Shown: positions 39,343 to 48,400, counted from the first letter of the stretch. The stretch is DNA of 56,309 nt from Kiritimatiellia bacterium (GCA_045641645.1 JAZUHK010000071.1:1-56309); one strand, 5' to 3'. Numbers and translations are program-made. The notes: a model not told the origin generated them from the letters alone.

Positions 39343-39378
39343 CGGGTTTCGTTTCCTAAAAAAATTAAAAATACCCCA

Positions 39379-39408
39379 TTGACAGGTCAACACAAATTAT
39401 GCGATAAT
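39379..39408 (+). promoter_or_regulatory. Strong sigma70 promoter inside the invertible segment, pointing at the right repeat
   Basis: TTGACA-18 nt-GATAAT with an extended TG and an A-tract UP-like element at 39357-39373. Confidence 0.8.
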
Positions 39409-39433
39409 ATGCGCGTCTTCACCGAGGAAGGGT

Positions 39434-39592
39434 TCGGACACGGTGTCCGTGATCTTGATTCCAAGGAGAGGACAAGGTTAACCTCGCTGAACGCGGACAG
39501 ACCGTTTGCTGAAAGCGTAAGGCGAAAAAAGAAGGAACAAAAAAATGAAGAAACTCATGATTGCTGCCGTCGTTGTTGCGATGGGCGGTGTT
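39434..39592 (+). repeat. Right inverted repeat (leader plus signal-peptide start of gene B)
   Basis: Begins with TCGGACAC-G-GTGTCCG (39434-39449); matches the left repeat. Confidence 0.92.
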
Positions 39593-40339
39593 ATGTCTGC
39601 TACGGCCGCCGTTGATGAGGGTTGCGACTATGTCGGCTGCCCGTTCGCATATCGGATCAAGCTCGCTGGCAAGACCGTTGTCGGCAAGACCGCGAAGTCG
39701 GACAAGCTGACCCCGAAGGAGGAAGGAGAAGGATGCGGCTACGCCACCGATTGCTGGGCGAAGCCGGCTTCCTATCGTCTCGCAGGGTACATCTGGGGCG
39801 ACGGGGTCAAGGGCGAGGACGAGTGCTCCAAGTGCGGATGCATCGACTACACGACATTCGACAACGAAGCGATCTTCTGGGATGCCAACAAGGTTCAGCA
39901 GTTCGCTGACGTCACCTCGGTGGAGTTCGAAGTCTTCGACATCCTCCGCAACGGCGGCCTCAAGAACAAGGCGCAGATCGCGTTCAAGCTCGGCGACGTC
40001 CAGCTCGCTGGCTTCGGCGTTTACAACCCGAAGACCCAGAAGCTCAAGAGCGCGAACGGCTTCTTCGCCGGTAAGCTCGATGCTCCGAAGTGCGCTGGTG
40101 AGTGGAACAAGTCGAGCTGCGACTACGGCGAGGGCAAGACGGCTCAGGTCTTCGCTCCTTGCGCGCTTGACACGGCGGAGGTTGCCAAGGCGGCGATTGT
40201 CTACGGCCGTTGGTCGCTCACTTATCGTGCCGACAAGGTTGCTGCCTACAGCGCGAAGAAGGGTGGCGACAAGAGCGTCTTCTATCCGTCGGCGTTCAAG
40301 TACGCTGACGCCGTTGCTGAAGACGAAGACAACGACTAA
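39545..40339 (+). CDS. Secreted Cys-rich protein, paralog B (promoter-facing orientation)
   Basis: Same signal peptide, 10 Cys and conserved motifs as paralog A; the only well-supported plus-strand gene in the window. Confidence 0.92.
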   Translation: MKKLMIAAVVVAMGGVMSATAAVDEGCDYVGCPFAYRIKLAGKTVVGKTAKSDKLTPKEEGEGCGYATDCWAKPASYRLAGYIWGDGVKGEDECSKCGCIDYTTFDNEAIFWDANKVQQFADVTSVEFEVFDILRNGGLKNKAQIAFKLGDVQLAGFGVYNPKTQKLKSANGFFAGKLDAPKCAGEWNKSSCDYGEGKTAQVFAPCALDTAEVAKAAIVYGRWSLTYRADKVAAYSAKKGGDKSVFYPSAFKYADAVAEDEDND

Positions 40340-40363
40340 TGGCTATTCGTTCTGATGAACGAC

Positions 40364-40402
40364 ACAAGCCGACCGAGGAGCAATCCTCGGTCGGCTTGTT
40401 TA
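40364..40402 (+). terminator. Intrinsic terminator after paralog B
   Basis: ACAAGCCGACCGAGGA-GCAA-TCCTCGGTCGGCTTGT followed by TT. Confidence 0.85.
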
Positions 40403-40427
40403 ATGTCATCGGAGCAACTTTCGCGCA

Positions 40428-40488
40428 TAGGGCGGCTTGACAGCTTGTCGTCTTAAGATCTTAAGCTGACAAGCCGACAAGCCGCCCT
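40428..40488. repeat. Palindromic 8-nt-periodic repeat at the 3' side of the four-helix-bundle gene
   Basis: Imperfect 60 bp palindrome centred on CTTAAGATCTTAAG. 40428-40465 matches 41302-41339 at 35/38 positions. Confidence 0.8.
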
Positions 40489-40492
40489 GAAC

Positions 40493-41284
40493 CTACTCGT
40501 ACCGCCTCGTGCCGTCGCACTCGGGGTACCTCGAACAGCTCCAAAAGGCATGGCCTGCGTTGACCCCTCGCTTGCAAAGACGCTTTCTCATCGGTGCGCC
40601 GCATTTCGGACAAGCGACTTTCTCGCCTCGCGCATCGATGCTGCGCTGGGCGTCCCTGACCTCGAGCCGCGCCTTCGTGAGCGCCTCCGAGACGCCGCCG
40701 TTCTCGGCGATTTCGTCAACGAGTGCATCCATCTGAGCGCGAAGCATGCCCATCGCCATGCGAATGACAACCAGCTGGGCATTGGCGGCGACAAGCGGAT
40801 TTTCATTCTCAAGCCACTTCGCATAACGCTTGCGCATCTCAAGGATATAGGCGCTATGGCGGTGAACGACGTCTTCCGTCTCGTGAAACGGGTCAAGCCG
40901 CATTGCCCTGACCGCCGCGTATTCGGCGCTTTTCTCCGACCAGGCGATCTCGTCCAAGTCTGTGATAAACGCCTCGTAGTCGCCTGCGAGTTCGGCGAGC
41001 GAACCTTTGGCAACATCGTATTGCTTCAGTTCCTGTTCTTTCGACGTCGCCCCGCGTTCGCTGCCCTCGACGATATTCTGCCGCGCCGAACGCGCCGCAC
41101 CGACCATCTGGCCGACCGTTTTCCCGAGCGCATCGTTCTTGTAGTTGTAGTTCCGCCGACAAAACGTCGTCGTCGCGTGATAGATGAGACACGTCATCGC
41201 AAAGGCGTAAGAGCGCCGATACCCGCCGCTACGGCCGAGTACGCGCGCCGCGCGATTTGGGGCCAAAGGCGATGTTTCGTTCAT
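40493..41284 (-). CDS. Four-helix-bundle suffix-domain protein with C-terminal topoisomerase-type C4 zinc finger
   Basis: SGGYR..., QMVGAARSARQNIVEGS, VAKGSLAEL..DYE, AANAQL, GGVSE.L...R; C-terminal CPKCGAPM...FWSCSRYPEC. Confidence 0.88.
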   Translation of the reverse strand: MNETSPLAPNRAARVLGRSGGYRRSYAFAMTCLIYHATTTFCRRNYNYKNDALGKTVGQMVGAARSARQNIVEGSERGATSKEQELKQYDVAKGSLAELAGDYEAFITDLDEIAWSEKSAEYAAVRAMRLDPFHETEDVVHRHSAYILEMRKRYAKWLENENPLVAANAQLVVIRMAMGMLRAQMDALVDEIAENGGVSEALTKARLEVRDAQRSIDARGEKVACPKCGAPMRKRLCKRGVNAGHAFWSCSRYPECDGTRRYE

Positions 41285-41301
41285 TTGAGGATCCTTTCTG
41301 T

Positions 41302-41339
41302 TAGGGCGGCATGTCAGCTTGTCGGCTTAAGATCTTAAG
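41302..41339. repeat. Direct-repeat copy at the 5' side of the four-helix-bundle gene
   Basis: TAGGGCGGCATGTCAGCTTGTCGGCTTAAGATCTTAAG. Confidence 0.8.
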
Positions 41340-41398
41340 ACGTCCTCTTCTCAAGCGGACAGCTATCTTACCAAAAAATAGCCGTTCGGTTCAATGCC

Positions 41399-41435
41399 AA
41401 AACGAAAGCCCGAGGTCGCAAGACCTCGGGCTCGT
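41399..41435 (-). terminator. Intrinsic terminator after the adhesin-like fusion gene
   Basis: AGCCCGAGGTC-GCAA-GACCTCGGGCT, with a TTTCGTTTT tail on the minus strand. Confidence 0.8.
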
Positions 41436-41456
41436 TGTCTCTTCTAGTCAGACGCC

Positions 41457-44400
41457 TCAGGGGACGGCACTATAGGTGAAGCCGGTCGGATAGAGGCAGT
41501 TGAAGTTGTCGTCCTCCTCAATCTGACGAACCTTGTCGGCCTTGTAGGTCATCGTCCAGCGGCCATAGACAATCGCGGCCTCGGAGTTCACAGGCTCCGT
41601 AAGTGCGCACGGCTCAAAGACCTGAGCAGGCGTCGTGCCCCACTCGCAGTCTTCGCCAAGCTTGCCGCAGGTCGGCGCGGCGAGCACGCCAGCGAAGAAG
41701 CCGTTCGCACTCTTGAGCTTGCGGGTCTGCGGATTAAATGCGCCGAAGCCCGCGAGCTTGATATTCTCGCCGATCTTGATGCAAAGCTGCGCCTTGTTCT
41801 TGAGACCGCCGTTGCGGAGAATGTCGAAGACGTCGAACGTCAGGGGCTCGCCCGCAAACGCCTGCTTGCGGTCGGCCGTCCAGAAGTGACTCTGCACGTC
41901 CGCAAAGGCGTTGCATTCGCACTCCTCGCACTCGGCCGGCTCGGTGGGCGAGGCGTTGTAGATGTAGCCCGCCACACGGAAGGACGCCGGCTTCGCCCAG
42001 CAATTGGACTCGTAGTCGCAACCGCCGACCTTACCGCTCGTCAATTCCTTGCCCGTCACCGTCTTGCCCGCGAGCTTGACACGGTAGGCATACGCACAAT
42101 AGAGGTGGTCGCAGCCGCCTGCCTCCGCCGTGATGAACACGAGCGTCGAGAACTGGCCCATCTGAAGCGTCACCTCGCCGTCACCAACCTTATACTGGCC
42201 GGGGAAATCCTTCGAGCTGGTGAAGGAGGAAACCTTCGACATTTCGCGCATGTCCTCACCATGGCAGTGATAGACCGCCTTGAGATTGTCGGTGTCGGCA
42301 AACGCCACCTTGAACTGGATCGGCTTGGTGATCTTGCTGGCGTCGGCCACGAGCTCGGGAGTCTGCGGGCCAGCCGAAGTCGTCTCGATATACATAAGCT
42401 TCACATCAACCGGCTTCGCATCAAGAAGCGTCATGGGCGGACAATACCTCTTCTCAAACGCCTCCTTGGCGGCCGTAACATTGCCATCGGCGCTGCCTCC
42501 CTTCGGATCAGTAATGGCAAGCGTCGCATCCGCCGTAATCCAACCCGTCCGATCCTTGGAAATATTCTTTGCCACCGCCATCAGCGCCTCATCAGTCTTC
42601 TCCGTCTTCGGAGAGCCCTCCGTGGCCCAGTCGCCGGCAGCTTCCTTGTCAATCTCGGTAATGCGCTCCTGAATCGTCACATACGCCCAGACATTCGTCG
42701 AGTAGTAGTTGTCACACTCGACCTTGCACCAAACCTTCTTCTCGTAGCAAATATCCTTGAGCTCGGCGCGCGCGGCGGCCTCTTCAAGCCAGGTCGAGCC
42801 GCCGTCAACCGAGTAGGTAAACTTCGGGTTGTCCGACTTCTTCAGCAGTGAAGTCTCCACGACGATAAGCTGGCCGTCGCCGACCGACGTGTCGTTCGTG
42901 ACGATCGAAACCGGCTTCGCCCATGCCCACACGGGAATCTTCGTCTCCTCCGTGCCGTTGTCATAGCCGTTGATCACCGCCTTGTTAATCGTGAAGGTGC
43001 CGGGCGTGAACTCGACAATGTAGTTCTGGTTCGCCGTCAGGATCTTGTTCGTCGTGATGTCGCCCGTGTAAGTGCCGGCATCGGCACTGCCCGACTTGCG
43101 AACGAACGCCGTCACCTTGCCCTGATTGTTAGTAATGCCCGCGGAGATGAGGGCGTTGATCGTATTCGTTTCGCCAACTGCATAATCACCGGTAATCGTC
43201 CACTCCGTCTCCGAGAGATTGGCCGTCGCCGTGCCGTCATAGGTCTTCGAGGCGTCGCCGGCCGTCACCGTCACGGTGAGCGGGGTGATCTTAAGCGTGG
43301 CCGACTGCGATTCGTCGGAGGGCTTATAGGTGTCATCCCCGATGATGACGACCTTGACATCAACCGGCGTGTCAACGACGTCCTTGAAAGCCGCATAGAA
43401 ATTGGCAACCGTGTTCGTCGTCCAGGTCGTACCGCCGTCCGTCGAATAGGCGAGCTTGTAGTAAGACGCAACGAGCGGCTTGCCCGAATCCTTGTCCGTC
43501 ACGCTCACGGTGACGTTCGTCGACGCTCCGTTATACGGACGATTGACCGCGGAAACGGTGAACTCAAATTCCGGCAGCTCGACGATCCAGGCGTTGGCCG
43601 CAGCCGCAGCACCGGTCGCCAGCGTCCCCTGCTTCTTGCCATCAAGCGAACGGGAAAGCTCCATCGTTGCGTCGCCATTGTTCGGATTGACGTTAAACGT
43701 ACCGTCGCCGTTCGAGGTGCAGAACTTCTGATCGCCCTTCGCATCGGCAATCGCCTTCGCCATGAACTCGGGCGTCGTACGGACCTTGATCTCGAGCTTC
43801 TGCCAAACGCTGCCGTTCAGGTTCGAAACGACGCACGTAACCTGATCGCCATTGACCTTCGGTTGCTTCTTGGTATCGGTCTCCTTCACCCAGCCAGTGT
43901 CATCGGCCATATAGTCATCGGCCACCGGATCGTCCTTGCCCGTCCAGTTCCACAGCGTCACGCTGCCAGTTTCAGTGGGGATACTCATCGTGCCGCCCGC
44001 CGTGACGACCTTGTCGGCCGCCGCCGCCGCGAAGGACGGGAACTTCACATACTTGTTAATGGCATCTTCAACCTTATCGGCATCGCCATAGTTTTCCTGC
44101 TCATCAATACGCGTCGCATACTTGTATCCAGCCTTGTACCCAACATTGACACCATCCGTAGTGCCGACGTAATTCACGTTATTCGTCATATACGTCATCG
44201 GATCCATCAGTGCCACAAAGCCATTCCACTGTGCATCCGTCATCTTCTTATCCGTTCCGTCCTTTTCATATGTGTTGGGCGTAAACCACGGCGGCATCTT
44301 CGCCTTGGGGTTCGACGTGGTGCCAATGTTATCAAAGAATGGATCGTCGCTACTACCCTTGGAGTCCACGAGCCAAAGCACTTGATTCTTCTCATAGAAC

Positions 44401-45275
44401 TTTTTCAGGCAACGCGCCGCGCAATCTTCCAAGTTCTTGTCGGGATTGTAACCGGCGACCAAACGTGTGCTGTCGAACGACAAGACAACGTAATCGTACT
44501 GCTTCCACGCGCCACTGGCAATGTCAAGCTTGTTAGTGATGAGCGTCAAATACGCCTTCAGATTCTTGTGCACACTGGCTTGCGCTGCAGTGCTCCCGCT
44601 TGTAGAAGTCAAAGTTGGAAAATCAGACGCCTCGGCAGTAGCATCCTTCGTAAAGACTTTAGGGCCATACCCTGACACAGGAGTGGTGTTGTCCGCCGAC
44701 CCGAAATAGGAACCGCCATCATTGTCAAATAGGTAGAAATCAACTTCACCCTTCGACGTCATCGCATTAACCGCACGCGCAAGAATTTCCGTGGTCAAGC
44801 CATGCTTGCCGCAACGCGAACCAATGTAGAGAATCTGAGGCGTACGGTCGGTCTTGCCGCAGTCAACGTGCGTGACGACGCGAATCGTCGCGTTCGACTT
44901 GCCGTCTTCGCCATCATCCGCCTTGATCGACTTTTCCATCTCGACCGTCGAGACATAGACATTGAAGGTGTACTCGACATCCTCCGGGCTGCGCGCCACG
45001 ACTTCGGCCTGACCGTTCGCCACGGAAGTGATGGCCACGACGTTCTTGTTGTCGTCGTCCTTCTCCCACTCGACCGTCGCAACCGTCTTGTCGGACGAGT
45101 GCAGAACCCAGTTCGCCGTGGCCGCATCCGCGACATTGAGCTTAGCGAGCATGTTCGACGTCACGCCAACCGTCATCGTCACGTCACACGACTCATCGAG
45201 ATCAGCCGCCCAAGCGGAAGACCCGAGAACCACCGCCGCCACAAGGGCAAGCGCCGACTTGATCATTTTTTTCAT
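41457..45275 (-). CDS. Large secreted adhesin-like protein (Ig/Big-2-like and MBG-like repeats) with a C-terminal copy of the Cys-rich domain
   Basis: Start MKKMIK with a signal peptide; SSDKTVATV (Big-2-like); VTVTAGDASKTYDG...NY...PGTFTI (MBG-like). The last ~220 aa are homologous to paralogs A and B. Confidence 0.85.
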   Translation of the reverse strand: MKKMIKSALALVAAVVLGSSAWAADLDESCDVTMTVGVTSNMLAKLNVADAATANWVLHSSDKTVATVEWEKDDDNKNVVAITSVANGQAEVVARSPEDVEYTFNVYVSTVEMEKSIKADDGEDGKSNATIRVVTHVDCGKTDRTPQILYIGSRCGKHGLTTEILARAVNAMTSKGEVDFYLFDNDGGSYFGSADNTTPVSGYGPKVFTKDATAEASDFPTLTSTSGSTAAQASVHKNLKAYLTLITNKLDIASGAWKQYDYVVLSFDSTRLVAGYNPDKNLEDCAARCLKKFYEKNQVLWLVDSKGSSDDPFFDNIGTTSNPKAKMPPWFTPNTYEKDGTDKKMTDAQWNGFVALMDPMTYMTNNVNYVGTTDGVNVGYKAGYKYATRIDEQENYGDADKVEDAINKYVKFPSFAAAAADKVVTAGGTMSIPTETGSVTLWNWTGKDDPVADDYMADDTGWVKETDTKKQPKVNGDQVTCVVSNLNGSVWQKLEIKVRTTPEFMAKAIADAKGDQKFCTSNGDGTFNVNPNNGDATMELSRSLDGKKQGTLATGAAAAANAWIVELPEFEFTVSAVNRPYNGASTNVTVSVTDKDSGKPLVASYYKLAYSTDGGTTWTTNTVANFYAAFKDVVDTPVDVKVVIIGDDTYKPSDESQSATLKITPLTVTVTAGDASKTYDGTATANLSETEWTITGDYAVGETNTINALISAGITNNQGKVTAFVRKSGSADAGTYTGDITTNKILTANQNYIVEFTPGTFTINKAVINGYDNGTEETKIPVWAWAKPVSIVTNDTSVGDGQLIVVETSLLKKSDNPKFTYSVDGGSTWLEEAAARAELKDICYEKKVWCKVECDNYYSTNVWAYVTIQERITEIDKEAAGDWATEGSPKTEKTDEALMAVAKNISKDRTGWITADATLAITDPKGGSADGNVTAAKEAFEKRYCPPMTLLDAKPVDVKLMYIETTSAGPQTPELVADASKITKPIQFKVAFADTDNLKAVYHCHGEDMREMSKVSSFTSSKDFPGQYKVGDGEVTLQMGQFSTLVFITAEAGGCDHLYCAYAYRVKLAGKTVTGKELTSGKVGGCDYESNCWAKPASFRVAGYIYNASPTEPAECEECECNAFADVQSHFWTADRKQAFAGEPLTFDVFDILRNGGLKNKAQLCIKIGENIKLAGFGAFNPQTRKLKSANGFFAGVLAAPTCGKLGEDCEWGTTPAQVFEPCALTEPVNSEAAIVYGRWTMTYKADKVRQIEEDDNFNCLYPTGFTYSAVP

Positions 45276-45354
45276 GTTTTTTCTTTCTTGTTTTTTGAAC
45301 AAAATTGAACACACTTTACCGATGGCAGACTACACCACGGGCAAAGTTGGAGGT

Positions 45355-45387
45355 AGTATATCATAATCGCGGCGACTTGCGCAAGTC
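45355..45387 (-). promoter_or_regulatory. Sigma70 promoter with a 14 bp palindrome over the -35 box
   Basis: TTGCGC-18 nt-TATACT with an extended TG; perfect palindrome GACTTGCGCAAGTC at 45374-45387. Confidence 0.55.
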
Positions 45388-45431
45388 ACAATCGCGAAAA
45401 AATACATACTATTTTGCGCAACAAAGGAACG

Positions 45432-48400
45432 CTACTCCACGATAACCGCGTAGCGGACCGCGCAACGCGGTTCCTTGGACTTGTACTGGCGGCCGAGGGA
45501 GACGGATTCTTCGCCCTTGGCCTTGCCCGTAATCGTCACAACGACCTCGTTCGTCTTAAACGCGGACCGCGCCACATAGCCGCGGTACTGTTCGCAAGCA
45601 TTGGTCGGCAGGTTGATTGACGTCTCAACGCACTCGCCGGCGCCGTCCGACCCCAGAAGCCAGAAGCGAAGATTCTTGCGGTAGCGGTTCGTGAAGACCA
45701 CCGTCTCCCCGGCGGAAAGCGTTATATTTGACGTTATTTCAGGAAAATCTTCTGGAATCGGCATCTTTGGCTCCCACATCGCATAGAGAGTCACCTCCGC
45801 GCCATCCTCAATCGCCAGATTCGTCACCTTCTTGCCCGGCTCGCAGACAAAGACGAGTCCGTCAACGCCGTTCGTACCCCAGCCCGTGCAGACCTTGCCC
45901 GCCTTGATGAAGGTGCATTCGGCCGTTTCGTACTTGCTCCCGTAGTCGCCTTTGCCCGGCTCGATCTCGCCTTCGCCGCCGTTCGGATCGTACTTGACCG
46001 AATAGCTGTTGACCTTGAACTTGGCATCGACCGTCACCGCGCCCTGAAGGTTCTCGAGGACGAGCGGATTCTCATCGGACTCCGTCTCGTCGGCGAACGT
46101 CCACTTCGTGAAATGCGAGCCCGTCGCCGGCGTCGCCGTCAGCGTCACCGTCGAGCCGAAGTCGTACTCGCCAGCACCCGTCACCGAACCCGTGCCCTTG
46201 CCGCTCGTCGTCACCTCCACATTCACCGTGAGCGGATAGACCGGCTCGCCCGCGTCGTTCACGAGACGCGGCTTGGCGGACGCCTCGCCGGCTTCGCCAT
46301 TGCCGACAATGACCTGGTCTGTCAGTGTCATCTTCGCGATCGTCGCGCGGCGGTCCGCCGTCACGAAGACCTGTCCCGGCGTCGAACCGTTCGCCTGATC
46401 GACGACCGTCCCGGGCGGGAGCGTCATCTCGACGGGGCCCGACACCTTCCAGCCGGAGATGTCAACCGTCTCGGCGTTCAGGTTCTCAATCACCACCGAT
46501 CCCGTCGCCTCGTCCGCCCGAATCTTGATCTGGTCGCGCAAGCTAAGTAACGCGCTCTGCGCGTGCGGGATGCCGGCGCTCTTGGCGAGCGCGTAGCCGA
46601 CGCCCTTCGACGTGTTGTCAATGGAGTGCGTCGTATAGAGATGGACGCGCCGCGGCACGATGTAGTTCTGCCAGATGTCCGTGTAGCCGTAGGACGGATC
46701 ATCCGGCTGAATGCCCCCGTTCGACATCATCGTCGTACCCCAGCAGTTGACCCAGGCGCAGTCCTTGTTGCCGCTATCCGTACCGAGATGACCCCACACG
46801 CCACGGTCCTTGACAGCCTCGGACTGAACCTCCGCCGCATATGCCTTCGCCTGGACGGCGATCGGCGTGTCGTCTTCAGACGTATCAGTCGGCTTCAGGT
46901 AGGCGTCCATCAGCGTCCGCAGACGACGCAGGAACAGGCGGCGGAACTTCGTCGACTGGAAGACCGCCTCGAACGCGTAGTTCGCACCGTCCTTCCCGTA
47001 ATAAGAATTGGACGTCGTGGTGCTAGACGACGACTTGTAGCCCAGGATCCGGACGCCGCCGTAGAGCGGATGGCACTTGTTCCAGTCCGCGTCGGCCATG
47101 ATGCCGTTGCGCCCGACACTGACATGCGCCTGGTAGTACTGGCCCCAGGAGCAGTTCATGTCCCACGCAAGCGGACGCCACGCGCCCGTTCCGCGGACGC
47201 CGCCGTCCACGAGCTTCGCATTGTCCCAGTAGGCACCGACGTTACCCCAGGCGTCGTCGCCTTCCTGCGTAATCTTCGTTGCCGCGAGGTAGTTGATCCA
47301 CGCGGGGAGGTCGAACTTACCGGCCACGGTCTTCGTGAGCGCGGCGCTGTCATCCGTCGTCAGGCTGCCAGCCGCCTTGAGCTCTTCGAAAAGCGCCAGC
47401 AGTTCCTCGAAGCCCTTCTCCTTGCCGTCGTCCGGCGTGTAACGCTTTGTACCGGCCGAACCCGACGTGCCCATCGTGAAGCCCCAGTCGTCCTTGAACT
47501 GGGTCACCTGATGGAACGTGCCGACGTTCTTGTAGCCGTAGCCGAGTTCGTCAAAGCCGTAGATGTCGCAGAGGAGCTCGTCGCCAAACCGCGGCGACTC
47601 ATAGGCGAGCTGGTAAAACTGGCCGTTCAGGTTGACGCGCTTCGGATTCTCCCACGGCGCCGGCACCCCGGCTTCGTTCATGAACCAGAACGCAAGACGC
47701 TGGCGGAACATCGCCGGATCGTTGTACTCCGCGCAGAGCGAGGTCTTCGCGACTTCCTCGATCTCCTCGCCGCTCACGGGATGAACGTAGGGCTCCGCAA
47801 GTCGATAGGACTTGATCTTTGAGAACTTGAGGCCGTGGCTACGCTTGTAGTAGTCGTCGGACGAATTGCCGCGGCAGTCAATCCGGACGTTGTCGTAGTA
47901 GTTCGACGTCTGCGAGTCGTAGATCGCGACGCGCGCACCATAGGGCCACAGCTGACGGTACTTCTGCTTCGTCGTCGAATCCTTGCCCGTCGTGCATTCG
48001 TAGGTCTCGTCATAATCGAGGTTCATGAGACAGCCGTCACCGAGGGAGTGGGTCTTGTCCGAGGTGGACGTCGGTTTACCCGGCTGGTCGGCAAGCGGAT
48101 ACGAGGCATTGCCCTTCTCGGCGAAGAGATGCAGCGTCGGCAACGTCGCGCTCAGCTGCCCGTCATCATCGCCGACACCTGGATCAACGATCGTGCCGTA
48201 CCACCCGTAGCCGTTCGCCTTATCAAGGAACGCGGGACTCGTCCACGTGTTGCCCGCCGCGTCCGTGATCTTCGCCCGCCACTGGAGGAGCTTGCCCTTC
48301 GCCGGCAGGTTCGCCGCAGGAACCGACGCGGTCCACATCTGTCCGTGGCCCTTCGCGTCGTTCCCACCCTTCGTCATCGTCAGTGTCTTGAACGACGCCT

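Noticed and set aside
35818-42130. Diversity-generating retroelement (paralogous repeats plus a bAvd-like four-helix protein)
   Set aside because: There is no reverse transcriptase in the window, and the differences among paralogs are not adenine-specific TR/VR-type changes.
41457-45400. Multi-site shufflon including the third Cys-rich copy
   Set aside because: I found no TCGGACAC-N-GTGTCCG site or leader repeat near this gene, only the two sites flanking the recombinase.
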